Of a DNA stretch of 64,000 nt, positions 25,401 through 38,892 are shown piece by piece. The DNA lies in the NCBI GenBank assembly GCA_036172245.1, contig JAYWIR010000016.1:2294001-2358000 (forward strand), read 5' to 3'. The translations under genes were made by a program, and so were the position numbers. How positions within the stretch are numbered: position 1 is the stretch's first letter; each line of letters opens with the position of its first letter. The notes beneath the pieces are model-generated. The model was not told the origin of the DNA. It saw nothing but the letters and a program-made list of their open reading frames with translations, and made no database searches. Origin of the DNA: Raillietiella orientalis (taxonomy: Eukaryota).

Positions 25401-28400
25401 CATGCTTGTCGTCGCTTCAAGAGCCTCGTGTGCAGCGACGTGTGCCCCGAACCAGGGGACCACGAACAAGGAAGCGTGTCGGCTGACGCTGCCCGGCGTC
25501 ACGCCGGAAGATGCCACGCGACGCGCGCGCACGGCCCCTTCCTCAGACACCGCTAATTGATAAAATCGAAGCGCACCGCGATCTCCATCGGAACGAAATA
25601 CGGGGGGTGGGGGTGCTCTTCTTTTTCGACCTTCTTTTCCGTCCCGTCTGGGCACGTCCCAATCCCCTTGGCGGATGGGATCATTCGCGGGTTCGCTTCC
25701 GAAAAAGCCACCCGAACGAAGCAGCGCGGGCACGTGGCTCGCTGCAAGCTCCGTGCATTTTGCATGCACGCGTTTCGCAGGGAACGCCATTTGCATGCAG
25801 CGGAGCTCGACCGCAGCTTCTTCCTCCTTTCCCGCCATCGGAAGACGCTCCGGGGAACAGAAGAGGCACCAACTGAGCACCGGTTTCTCACACTGGATGA
25901 ACGGGTGAGCCGCCACCGCCACCATTCCCGGTCCCGGGCCGCGGAACCCAAGCGATGGTGAACCGCCCACGCAGCTCCACGTCGGCTCCACCCCGCCACT
26001 TTCTCATTTTATTTCTTTGCTTATTTCACTGCAAGGAGCCGTCGGCCGGCGTTTCGGACGAATCGCCGAAGCGGCGGCACGGCGGACAGATGGCGCGGAA
26101 CGCGCGCGGGCGGATCGCCCGGAGCGGGGGAGGGGACTCGGCGGAACGCTAGGAAACGCACGGGACAAAAAAAAAAAGTCCATCTCCGTCTCCCCGACCA
26201 CGCTTCGGTACGCTTTTTTTACATGTACACGCATCTTTATGCACGTACGCATCCCGCAAACTCACGAGACTCACCAGCTGCTTGATTTTATAGTCCGCAT
26301 AGGAAGCTGTGGGGAAGATACTGAACGCAATCAATACAACTGCAAGGAATAGGTCTTCCTGGTGACGTCAGGAAAATTGATCTGTGGCCGTTTCGCTTCT
26401 TCTTCTTCTTCTTTTTTTTGCTGCGTCCGCATATACTTTAGGCTTGACAGTTTTTATGCACGCACAACACTCGGAACAGTGTTTTAGATTCAATGAGAAA
26501 GCGTCCAAACAGGAGGAGGAGGAGGAGGAGGAGGAGGAGAGGGGGGGGGGGAAGGACTCGTTAGTCTTTGTGTGCGCGTCTTTCTCGAAAGGGCCTATCG
26601 AGTGTTTTTGTGTCGCAGGCGATTTTATGTGCACCGACTTTTCGAAAAACACACAAACACACCACGAATGCGAAGGAAAGTCTGTTACTTTGTGTAATCG
26701 TTACCGGAGCAACCGAATTACTTTGCCTTCGGCATGAAAAAAGGGTGCGATGGCTGCCGCCATTTTCTGCTTGTGCGGACGACCAATCGATTCGTGAGCG
26801 CAGATCTCCTTATCCACCGCACACGAGAGGAGGATTTTCGTTTCTGCGGAAACGAACGGAAGGCAGAGAGATATCCGTGGGGACGTTATTGCCTTTTTAT
26901 CTGATGGAGCGTGGCAATTTCCAAGGAGATAAGGAATTTGTAAAACGAAGAATCACGCACGCCGTGCGGACACCTTGGGACTCGCGGACACACACACAAA
27001 GAGCACACACGGGGACGCGGGGAGAGGCGGGCACGCGTGCCCGGTGCGCGTTTCCGTTTCGGGGGTGGCCCGCGGTGAGATGCCGGCGTGGGCCGTGGCG
27101 GCGACGCGACCGAGGCCCCCCAGCCCGTGAGGAGGGCGCCACCGCGAGGAGGAGCTCCGGAACGCGCGGAAGGGCCACGCCTCGTCCTCAAAGTTGGTGC
27201 CCGTGTTTCCCGGAGCGCCTCATCCCGGGCCGGTCCCTGCAAGCGAGGGTGGCGCCACCGGTTCCCTGCCGGTGAGATCCCCTCCGCCCTGCTGGAGATC
27301 CAGGCAGGGTACAGACCGAATGTCGCACCCCCGCACCCCTCCCCCTTCGCCCCATGGTCTCACCTGCTCAACCTCTCCCTTCCTCGATCCCGGACAGGGC
27401 ACCCCCGCTTCGGAAAGTCCGTGCAGCGGGGAGTTGTGGGTCCCGATTTGTGAGGACCGGGGGCGGGTGGGACCCCCGGCGGGGAGGACTGCGGTGGAAG
27501 TCATCCCAGTTCCGGTCTCGCGCGTGCGGTGGCGCTGCACCGCCTCGTCTTCCCCCCCCCCCCCCCTTCTCTCTCTCTCTCCCTTTTCTCCCTCCCTCGG
27601 AGCGGTTCCCTTTCCCGCCGGCATGATGTGCAGCTGCTGCCCTCCACCGCTCCCGCAGACTCCGCCTCCTTCCTCCCTTCTTCGATCCGCTCTAGCGAGC
27701 CGAAGAAACGCGGCCACCGCCTTCCGGAGCAACGAGAGCCGGGAGCGAGAGAGGGAGGGGGAAGGAGAGGGGGAGGGAGGAGAGAAAGGAATCGGGCGAT
27801 TGGCTTTCCGCTCTCACCGCCGGGCGCAGGCAGGGAGGAGGGGCGGTGGAGGAGACGCGACCCCTCCCCCTTCTGCTCTCGCGGCAGCGGCACGAGCGAG
27901 CGGGCGGCCGCCGCTTCCGCCTCCGCAGCTCGACAATCCGCTGAGCGAGCGAGCCGCCCCGCCGCCTGGCAACCGGCCGGGAGGTGGGGGAGCGGCGGCG
28001 GCGGCGGCGGGCAACAATGGAGCGAGCGCAGGCGCGCACTGGGGCGTACCCGCGCGGGAAGCGTGGCGGCGCCGTGCACGCGCTCCCGTCGGTCGTCCCG
28101 TCCCGTTGGCGCAGCGCAGACGGCGTGCCAGCCTCCTCCCCCTCCCCCTGCCTGCCTCTCCCCTCACCCCTTCATCGTTCGAGGGACGACGGCCGGGCAC
28201 GTTCGGGAGAGCGGCGGCGACGGCGTCCCAAGGGACAGCGAGCAGCGGTGCGCCTCCCCCGCAAGCGGGGAGTGTCCGCCCCCGGTGCGCCCGTTCCCCG
28301 CTGCTCTCAGGGAGGTCCCCGTCCGAGCGCGCGCCTGGGATGGCAGCGGCCGCGGTCCCCTGCTGCAGAGGGGGGGGGAGGGGGAGCAGGCAAGGGAGGG

Positions 28401-31400
28401 ACTTCCCCTCACCAGCCCCTTTGTCCCCCCAACTCTCACACTTGGCCTGCTGTTGCGGGTCGGAGCCTGGACCAGGCATCGCAGGAGCCACCGCCCACAC
28501 TCCCTTGCGCTCCCTGAAACGCCGCGGCGCGCGCCCCACTCCCCTCCCTGTGCCCTCCTCCCACCCCCTTCGCCACCACACCGGCTCCGCCGTGCGGCTG
28601 GAAGTCGGGCGCGCTCGTCGAGGGGGAAGAAGCGCGGGAGAGAAATGGACGGGGGCGAGGGGGGGGGGAAGGGATTGTCCGCTGCTCCCCTCGCGCTGCC
28701 TGGCTTTCCTCCCCGACCATGCCCTCGGGAGTCGCGCGTACGCCCCGCAGCCCCCGCCGGGCAGGACGGGAAAACTTTCCGTCTGAACGCCTTCGTGGAC
28801 GGACGTCCCTCGCGAGCGCAGGCGGCCGCTGCCGTCTCCGCGGCGCTCCTCGCCGCACTCGTCGCCTCGATCGATTCGATGCCGCCGTGCCAACTCGCAG
28901 CCAATCGGAAGCGACGAGCGGCACACGGGAGAAACGCGCTCGGCCGGCTGTGCGGGGAGGGAGCCACGGACAGCTGCCCTGCCTCGCCGCCGCCGCCGCT
29001 TTCGCCATCCAGCGACGATCGGACGAAGCTGCCGGAGATAGGCAGCGGTTCCGCGAGAGGTGGCGGGCGGAGAGGCTGCCGCAGCTCCTTCGCTCGAGCG
29101 CCCACCATCCAACTCGATCGGGGGTCTCGTCCCTACGCTGCGTAGACCTCGGGGAACCTCATTTCGAGCGCTGCTGGGAAGGGAAGGAGGAGAGTCGGGG
29201 GGAAAAGGTCATCCGGGGGGCAAGCGAGTGCCGCCGCTGCGTTCCGATAGATGGGAACACCCGCCCTCCCCCTTGCTCCCTTTTTTCAATCCAGAGCGAA
29301 AAGGCCTTTGGGAGAAGATGGGAAGACTTTGGTCTTGTCCTTCGCTCTCGATCTGGCGCTTGCATCCGCGAGGGGGGAGAGGGAGGGAAGGCGGCCTCGA
29401 GCTACCCGGCGAGCGGTGGAATTTGCCTCCCACTTCACGGGAGCCGTGGCTATCGTCCCCCCCCCCCCTCCCATTCATCTTCCCTGCTGGACGGAGCGCA
29501 GGACTCCGCGAGATGGACGCATGGGAGCCTCGCCCGGCCGCCCGCAACTATGCCCTGAGTGGGCACGACGGGCGTTGGACGAGAGGATGCCGTCGCCAGG
29601 GGTGACGGTCCAGCCATCGGACGCGTCTCCCTGGTTACCTGTTGGAGGCCAGCTCAGGAGGGGCACGAGGGCGGGACGAGGTCTGCCCTTCTCGTTTCCG
29701 GAAAGCAGGACCCCGGTCGTCTCACCCCAGCGACACTCGCCACACCAAGCGCCGTCGCTTCCGAGGCAGTCCGCCACCCCAGCGAGAGCTCGCAGGAGGG
29801 CGGCGGCCGCAACGCGAACACTCTCCGTCTCCCCGGAGACGACGTCTGCCTCCTCTTCGGATCTCCTGCCGGTGTGTCGTTCGGTGGTCGGGTCCCGGGA
29901 CAGGAGGTAGCCGCTGCTGTGGACTCTTTCACGGGGCTCCATGGAGAAACCTTCAGCGCCCACGCTAGCAAGCGAGTCCTTCGAGGTCCAGAACGCTCAG
30001 CCTCCGGGCTCTCGCCGTGCCTTCGAGGTGGCTTGGGGCTTGCCGCGCCCTCCCTCCTCCCGTCCATCGAGGGAGCAGCGGTCCGGATCGACCCGGACCT
30101 GCTGGTAGTCACTCGCTTCGGGATTGCCCGTGGCTCGCAAGAGGTCGGCGCCAGATCTTCGAGTTTCCGCTCTTCCTTCCATGGAACGGCGAGGGCTCAC
30201 CACGCCTGTGGCTGCTACTTGGGTGCGGGGTGCTGGGTCCGAGCCTGCAGCCCTTCAGGTCCGCGAGTATCTTTGGCTCACAGCTTCCTGCCGTCTGCCG
30301 CCTGGCAACTGGTTCTTCGATGAGGAAAGGAAGAGGGGGAGGGAGGATCTACCGGATGTTCCGTTCTTCTGGTCCACCAGGATTCGCCAGAAGCCACCTC
30401 CACTCTCGAGCACATCCGATTTGTCCTCTCCGAGAGTTCTTCTGGAGGAAGGGTTTGGCCGTAAGAACTCTCGGAGGCAAGCAACGCGGGAGCTGTGCTA
30501 CAGCATCACGGATGAAAGATGCTACCGCCCGCGCGTATCCTTCTGCCGCCGGATCCGAAGAGGGAATCAGCAAAAGTTCTTCCTGGAGTGTGCCAGGCCC
30601 TCTCAGAGCCACGGTCCCACACTCTCGTGTTCATTCTCCTCAAGTAACCAGGGAGACGCGATCGATGCCTGCAGTGGGCCGAACGCTGGGGAGGGCGTGC
30701 CGAAGCGCCACGACACCAGGGGACGTCGAAATTGACTCGAGAGCCCGGCAGCCACCGGGAAGGTCTTCCACCTGGTGGCAGAGCAACCTCCCCACTCTCT
30801 GGTGCGCGTTGCCTTCCTATCCCCCTGTACCCTCGCGCCCTATCGTGCAGCTTCGTTGCCAAATTCTCTGGGAGGAATGCCGTGTCTCGCGCCCTCTGGA
30901 GCATCGCAGACGCCCCGAGGGCGGAACCTTCCCCCCGGATTCCATCCTCATCCCCGGTCAGGAATGGCTCTGGCTCTCCTGTGTCTTTGGCTGAGTCGGC
31001 GCGCGTTTCCCTCTGGAAGCTGCGGAGCGCATCTCGCGGCTTTTGCCGCAGTGCACATTTGCTCGCGTATTTCCGCGTTCGACGCCCGCGATGGCTTGCC
31101 CCACTCTCATCGTCACCCGCAAGATTCCCGTTCCAGCATGGGAGTATCCCCTGAGCTGCTTCGCCTCCGTTGCTCCTTTGAATTCAGGGAAAATTTTCGG
31201 GCTCAGGCGAGCCACGGGCCGTCTCTGCTCAGCGGGAAGCGATCGATAAATATTTGTTCGACGACAGTCCAATAGAGTGTGCTCTGATCGGGGAGGATCT
31301 GATGACGCGCTCCGCCGGCTCCTTTTGCGAGCACGCTGCTCTTGCCAAAGAGTCTCGAACCCCCCTCACACCCTCCCCCACCCCGGGCATGCATTCGCTC

Positions 31401-34400
31401 GAAAGAAATGCGCGCATCCTTCAGGGTAAATCCCAGAACTACACACGTGCACGCCTGCGAACCGATCTGGGACACCGATCTCTTCTTGTAGTCCCCATTG
31501 CACGTGAACGATAACGCATTATTCTTCTTTTCCTTGTTCATCCTCTCCTCATTCGTCTGCATCATCATCATCATATTATTATTCACCTTATTTTTTCGGA
31601 AAGTTCCAAAAGATCGGACGAACGTCTTTCGGATTCACGAGCCCGTCCACTAGATGGAGACAGATGTCAGCATCCGTTATCATCTTTCCGATAGGAACGA
31701 TCAAGGTGGGATGCGAGAAGATCGCGAGCTCTCCAGATCGGATGGGCGGCCCTTTCCAACCGTCGGTGCAACTGTCGGAGGTTTCCGGTGCCCCCTGAAA
31801 GTGCATTGGTCTCCTCCGACAGCCTCGATCTTCGGGGGCGCCGAGCAGAACGGCAAGAAAGTAAGGAGCGTCTTACAGGGGGAGGAAGGGAGGCGGGGAG
31901 AGCGATTGTGTGGCGGTCTGGGCTCCGACGCGCCCCCAGAAGAAAGGCAAGCAGGTTAGGGGCGCCCATTGCAATGCGGGGGGAGTATTCCGAGGAGTCG
32001 CAGGAAGGGGGACGAGGCAGAAAGTGCACGCCGCGAGGGAGGCTCTCCGGCGCCCTGTCGCGGCTCCTTCTGCAGTGCCCCAACTCAGGCCAGCCTGAAC
32101 TCCGGCAGCGTGGGCGCGCCGCATTCGGTCGCCAAGCGGCCGTGCGTCCCGGAAGCGGGGAAGGAAGGGCGGCGCGTGGTGCAGTCCTGTCGCCAGACAG
32201 AGAGGACCGCTCCGGTGTCGCAGCAGCAGGAAAGCTTGCGAGAAGCACCCTGGGGAGGGGGGGGGAGAACTCTCTCCCGACCCTCAGACGGTCTCGGCGC
32301 GAAGGTTCGAGTCCCCAAGGAAACAAGACGAAACGCGCAGAGGGAACGGGAAGGAGAGAGTTGCAGGGAGAGAGTGTCCCTGGGGATGCAGCAAGGAGCA
32401 CAAGAGCCCGTGGACACGCTGCGCGGAGGGGGAGAGACTGCCCGTCAGGGAGGCGGTCACCCCATGAGCAGCCCAAGGCAAAAGGATCGGGACGCGGGAG
32501 GAAGAAGCATGCGGACCGCCCGCTCTCCGCGGTCCGGTCTCCTGGATGGGGGAGGAGCCAACGGGAAACTGGCAAAGGAGGACCACTACCACCAGCAACC
32601 ATGGGAACGGGAGAAGACCCAAACGCGGAGGCGGCCGCCTCCGGCAAGAGAGAGCGGACGCTCGGGGACAGAGGCATCTGGAGGACCTGGGCTCCGAGCG
32701 GAAGTTTTTGCGTGTTCGGTGGCCCCTTCCCCTTCACGTCTCCCCTGGAGCTGGGGAGCGCCATGGGCTCTCGTTCCTCTTCCTGGGTGCCGCTAGTCGA
32801 GGAGGACCTCTCCCTGGAGGTGCGTCGGCACGGCGGCCCGCGCACGAAGAGGTGCCTGAGGGCAGAGAGAATTTCGACGCCCGCCTTTGAGGTCGCGCGT
32901 TGGGTCCCCTCAGGAAAGGGTGCCAGCCAGTTCGACTCGTGGGCTAGGGGGAGGCGGAGTCGAACGTGGAGCACGGTCTCCCGCTCTGGCGGGGAGGTGG
33001 AGTCCCTCCCCCCCCCCCTCCAGGAGCCACCCGCGGACACTTTCGTCGGGCGGGGGAGGGGCGGCCCGCGGCTGCCCTTGCCCCTCCCCCTCCCTTCCCG
33101 GCTTCTGCTCGAATGGCGCGGAGAGTGCGCGGACTGCGGAACGAGCCTCCGCGACTCCGCCTTCCGGGGACGTTCTGAGATCGGTCGCGTGCGTCGAGCG
33201 GGCGGGGCGGGGCTTCAAGGAGACTCTAGGACGCACCCGCGCGCGCTCTCCCGTGCGACGCGCGAAGCGATCCTCGGGAAGAGCACCTTCCCGCTCGTGA
33301 GGGAAGAACGAAAGAGAATAGAGGTTCAGACTTTGCTCGGGGCTGTTGCCGGGCTCCCGGGAGATCCTCCTTCCCTGCTTTCCCGCCGCAGGTCGGCTGC
33401 AGCTCCAGGCTCGCCTGACTCCAGTGGAACGACGGCGGCAGCCCGTGGATGGGGACCCCAGGAATGAGCGCCCCCTTCCGCCTGGGTCAACCCAGGGGCG
33501 CTGCAGCTGATTCAGCGCAGTTTCAGGTGTCATGGAGTTGTTGGTCCATCGCGAGCAGTCACTTCTTCAGAGCTCTGCCAGACACCGTAGGAGTCTTTTA
33601 GCTCCCTGAACATCGCGTCGTTCCCTGGGTTCGGGTACTCCGGCGACCTTACGACGAGTGCTCTCACTGAAGCAGGCGCTCCTCCGGTCGAGGAGCGGAG
33701 TGTTGTTCCCTTCCTTTTCTCCGCCTGGCCTCTTCCAAAGTAGCAGCAGGAAATTTCGAAAGGGGTAGCGACCTTGAGAGTCGCGGCAGCTCGTCCCTCC
33801 CTTTGCAGAGCAGGTCGGATCTCGTGGAATGGGGGTCGAATCCGGGCGCGAACGGCTGCAGGTCACCACTGCCCAATTTTCCCTTTTGGACGCGTGCTGC
33901 CATCTCGCTGCGCTTTAGCGAACTCGATGTCAGCTGAGGATGCAACGATTCGCGGGACGCGCGTACGAGCTCCTCCTCCGACGCCATCGGCACCTCTGCC
34001 TCGTCCGCAAGCTCCAGCATCCAAGGCAAGCGGTTGAGTCGCGTCGCGCGGGTGCGTCGGTAGTTTCCGAATTTCGCGTGCTCTCCGCTGAAGAGGGAGT
34101 GTCTGGACGCCTCCCGAGGAAGACCTTTGACCGGAATGCTTCCCGTCACCAGAGGAGAGCCGAGATGAGTTTTTGTGTTTTTGGACCTCATCTCACCGGA
34201 AATTTTGGATCCCAAACCTTTCTTCCGTCCAAAGCTCTCATCCAAGCATTTTCGCCGAAGATCCTACACCCCCTTCCCTGCTGGAAGCTTCCTCTTGCGT
34301 TCTCAAAGCATCCTGGGATTCCCGAGGAAAGGTGCATCTCATCTTCCCCGGTTTCCGATCCTGCTCGCTTCTCAGCGCCAAGGCGGCCACCAGGAACAGG

Positions 34401-37400
34401 CCTTCAGCGCAGTCACTTGGCGATGCTGGTCAGGATCCTCTGGAAGCAGCAGTCTGCATCTTGTCTTTCCACTTTCTGTTTCCGGGCGCTCGATGGGGTT
34501 GCTACCTTCGCCGTGCGTCCTCCGACCAGCAGCCCTAGATTCCAGGTCAGGTCAGGTACGAGGCCCTCCTGTATCAGACTGCTCAGATTCCTCCCCCTCG
34601 TTTACCGAGCCTGAATCGTGGCCTCTCCTGCCTTGGTCCAGGCCGCAGCTTCCATGCCTTTCTTCGGAGGCAGGGAAGCTCCAGCCTAGAGGGTGAGGTA
34701 CGTACAGAGCCATATCGACCGTATACTACCCGGTTCTCCAGAATCTTGGGGGCGAGGATTTCTTCCTCGTTTCTACAGACCATTTCCTCGCCATGGCTAC
34801 GGTCCAGCTTCTTGCCAGGATCCTCAAGGACATTGGCGGCCTCTTCCTGTTCCAGAAACGAGGAATTCAAAAACAGGAAGGCGAAGGACGGCTTTATGGA
34901 CCTGGTCCTCTCTTGAAGAAAAAGCTCCACGGCGCTCGTTGCCACCTCATCCGGGATCGCTCACGGCAGAGCAACATGATGCGCGGAGTGATCCCCACAC
35001 GTCCCGCGGACGCAAGCGTTGGAGATCGCCTCCCGGTGCCCGTTCTGGCGGCCTCGTGCCTGCGGTGCCTTCGCGCGTGGTGCCAAGTTTCGAGGTCTCG
35101 AACCCCGCCCGGGGAGGGAAAGATCGACGCCGAGAAATGGGGGAACGCGTCGTGGGTTTCGACCCCCCCCCCCTCCTCCCTCCCCATTCCACCCGCGTGC
35201 ACTGCGCAAACCACGACTGAGAAGCAGCTTCTACCGCGACACGACGACGATCTACGAGACGACTCGATCGGCCGGGACAGTGGCCTTTTTTCCTCTCACG
35301 GAGGATCGCTTGACTGCTCGCTTGATCTGGACCGGGGCTTGCAAGGGGATGGCTGCCCCTCACACAAACGGATTCTCAGCTCACGCAGCCTCACCGGGCA
35401 AGACGCGCGAAGTGGATCGGAAAGCGCCGAAACTGTGCGCCGCGAGCCGCGCAACGCCCGCGTGCCTGCTGCTGAGCACCAGCAAAGGGAGGAGGGGCAG
35501 TGGGGTGAGGGAGACCTGTGCCGTAGACTCGGCACGCTGGCTTCATGCAAAAAAGGCCAGCTGCCACCGCCGTCCCCAACTGCGAGGCACGCACGGAGGC
35601 AGCGAAGCGCGCCCTATTCCCCGGTTGGGCTTCCTGGTGCGCAAGAGGTAGTGGACTTGCCGAAAATCCATTACGCAAAGCGCGCGCGTGCGCAGCACCC
35701 TTTCGCCGGTGTCGTGGACAGTTCGGCAACCTCTACGAGCCCGCACCGGGAGCACCTGGCGTCTCGGTGGCAACTACGTGCATGAGAAATGATCCGTGTA
35801 TCTCACGGACTATCCTCTGAGGACCCCCGTCCCAGAAATGGCTTCATTTGCAGCGACTCCTCCGTTCTGCCCCGCTCTTCTGTCCGCATTCGTTGCGAAC
35901 ACTCAATCCGAGCCGACGAAACACCTCGATTGGATTTGAGCAGCGACCTCCCCAAAGTTGGGATTCTGCGTATGAACCTTGCCAGATCTCTTGAGAGGCA
36001 AAAGACTCCTCATCTCTTTCCGTGCTTTCGTTCATGCCATTTCCTGTTTTCAGCTTCACAAGCCATTCATCTTGCCGGGTCTGCTACGTATGCAACTTGC
36101 GTGCGAGATGTTTCCTCACTATGCGGTTTGTTTTGCAAGCTTCTTGCACTTCACGCAGAAGCACGAGGTTCGTTTCTGTTTTCGTTTGCAGTTTCTGTAG
36201 GTTGCTGATTTTTTTGGCATGTTTACACACATTCTTTCACGTCTCCCTAATAACCGTGTTTGCTACCCCACACGCGGCTCTTCGAAGCAAATTATTTCAT
36301 CATAAGAGATGTCTTATTGACGTGACGCGCACTGTGTAGAGAAGGCTCTCTTTTCTCGGCAGAGAGAACACGTAACATGATTATCTGAGAAAGTCATGTG
36401 TCCAGAGGGAAAATTCCATTTCTAAACTGCTACGTAATCTTCTCAGGAGGATGTATTATTCATGATTGTGATTAATTCGGAAATTCCTATGCTTGAAATT
36501 GATTCGGAACTGAATAATTAACTAATTCAGTGCCTACATCTTCATCTCGACGGTGAGATTCCATTTTCCGTTAGATTATTTAGCCTATTTGAGAAACCTA
36601 TCACTACCATTATCATCCTTCTGATTCGTCACTTGTGTATCTTCCGTTAACGACTTCCCAGTCTTCTCATTTCCTGGTGAATAATCTATACTACTTTACA
36701 CTCATGGATATACACTCTTTTTCGAATTTATAAAGCTCATTTTTTAAATTCCGCGTAGTTTTGTACATTATGGTATTGCTTCTGGTTTCGTGATTCTCGT
36801 TGGCTTTAAGCGATTCTTTCACGCTTTTGCCACATGCGTTTGGCAAACAAACCTTGTTTTGATGAATTCAGTAAAAGTTCTTATTTGAAAAATAAACTTC
36901 ACCCTCAATTCTGTTCTGTTCTCGCCTTCTTCACAGCTCGGTTATTGCACACATGAAAATGAAAATTCAGAAAATGAAATAAAGTTGAAAAGAAAATTTA
37001 GCAGCCGGGAACCCTGTCTTTTAAGCCTAGGACGGCAGAACTAATGTAGCTGGAAAAGCGCACGGAACGGAAACTTCCCACAAAGAGGAGATACAGTTTC
37101 AGGTGAGGAAAAATATTTTTCGTGTCCGAAATTCAGCAAGTTTCCTCCGGAAATACGATTCGCAATGTGAAGATTTGTTTTTCAAGAGTAAAGTGAGCAT
37201 TCGAAGGAATGCTCTGATCCTTTGCTCTAAACTGAACTGAAGTTTCATTCTGCGTTGTGCTTTTCCACGTTGATAGCGTTTACCATGTGAATTCAAATCT
37301 CTTTAGAAAATCCTCCTCCATGTAGCTTTTCCGGAATTCTTTGGTTCTTCTTTGAAATTGCCTTTCACGTTTAGCCCAGGCGATCCATATGAAAAATTGT

Positions 37401-37523
37401 TCACGTGGATTTCTAAAGTATATGGGAACTTTCCAAGCTCGTACACGCTAAAGTGATTCGCTATTCAGGAGATTATTAAAATGCTGAGTGCTAATTTGTC
37501 TGGCAAAGCTAATAAGCAGGGGC

Positions 37524-37557
37524 ACTTTTGGCACGGTGAATTCACCGTGCCAAAAGT
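37524..37557. repeat. Perfect 34-bp palindrome
   Basis: acttttggcacggtgaa|ttcaccgtgccaaaagt, two 17-bp arms with no spacer. Confidence 0.9.
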
Positions 37558-38146
37558 CATATCTATTTTTCCATTGTCCTTTATTTGTCAACTCGGTTTG
37601 ATTCGAACGAACTCGTAAATTGGTTGAATTTGGCGTCGAAACCAGAAAATGAATAAAGTGAAGTACAACGTGAAAGGACTCGACAAATCTGGATGTTACT
37701 TTGCAAATCACGTTCAAGAAATGACTCTGCTTTGCTTCTTCTTTTCCGATTCCAGCAACTTCTCCCTGAAGCCATCAGCTCCATCAAGGACAAGGTTCTT
37801 TTCTCTGGGCTGACAAAATTCTGAATACCCACTTTGCACCGTGTTCCTTCTTCGAATACCTTTTTGCTTCCTTTGAACAGTAATCATCCTCACAAGGATC
37901 ATTTTCGTCTTGTACTTGAAAAAGTGATTACAATTTTTTCGTTTTTTTTTCACGCTCCATGTAATCGCATCAAACTGGGCTTTACCATAAGAATCCCTGT
38001 TAAGAAGGAACACTACGGTCAGAATTAGGGACGACTTCAGTCCACCATCTTTCCTTGAATCAGTCGTGCAGAACTCTGCATTCGCAACAGGATGTAGATA
38101 CCGATGTATTTGTGCATGTATATATATATATATTGTGCGTGTACAC

Positions 38147-38892
38147 GGCCGGCGTCGGAGGCCGTGTAGTTACGGTGGTCTCCGCGCGTGGCACCATGCG
38201 TCGTGGGTTCGAATACTCCGAAGAAATCGACTCAGTGCTTCGTGGGTCCCGACTTCACCCCATAGGATGACGCTGGTTGGCCTACATTCATCCGGGTGCG
38301 GCACTGGTAGCGGTTGAAACCGGATGCCCCCGATGAGGGCCGGGACAAATGGGAGTCGACCTCCGGGTCCTTCCAGGAATCACGGAGTGGGAGCTCCCCT
38401 CCGGTTGTGAAGGAGCGAACCCTCTATTCCGGGGGGACCCTCCGCGTCGTAGTGATGGAGTAGGTGTGTCGCCACACCTCTCCAGAGAGTGCAGAGAAGC
38501 GAGCCGATCCCTTTGGGGAAGCTGCGTCCTTCTGAATTTCGGAAGCGTCCCTTCTGGGTCCTCTTCAGAGGAGTAAAAACAGGAGCGGATCCCTCGCGGG
38601 GGATCCCCCCGGAGAAAAAATTTCAGGAGTGGACCCCCCGGAGGTCCTCCGGAGAGAATAAGGAAGGAGGTCCCCTTCTGGATTCCCCTTCGGAGACAAC
38701 CAGGGTGGAGGTGATCTCCATTTCCGGGGATCCCTCCCCAGACGGGAGAGGAACGGACTCCGAGTCCTTCCTGGATTCATAGGGCGGACCCTTCCCGGGG
38801 TACTCCCTATCTTGAAGACTACCCACCCTCGAGTGGCGTGGAACCGTGTCGAAGAACTGAGAAGACAGAAAGGGATTTCCATCATATAGTAT
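38147..38892 (+). mobile_element. SINE-like (or MITE-like) GC-rich interspersed element with a tRNA-like head, copy 1
   Basis: A-box-like TAGTTACGGTGG (38167-38178) and B-box GGTTCGAATAC (38206-38216). GC-rich body in AT-rich surroundings. GTGTACAC on both flanks (38139-38146 and 38893-38900). The body is homologous to 63062-63658 (-). Confidence 0.6.

Noticed and set aside
27194..29145. Overlapping 530-, 538-, 432- and 314-aa ORFs on both strands
   Set aside because: Several frames are open at once, which indicates stop depletion from extreme GC content rather than coding sequence.
31667..34945. 559- and 457-aa ORFs and adjacent shorter ORFs as a possible decayed gag/pol
   Set aside because: No RT, RNase H, integrase, protease or zinc-knuckle motif is recognisable.
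38156..38220. Functional tRNA gene
   Set aside because: Too short and no convincing anticodon arm; better explained as the tRNA-like head of a repeat.
38290..38350. Hammerhead-like GAAAC...CCGATGAG in the repeat body
   Set aside because: The core is not CTGANGA, stems are not evident, and the motif is not conserved in copy 2.
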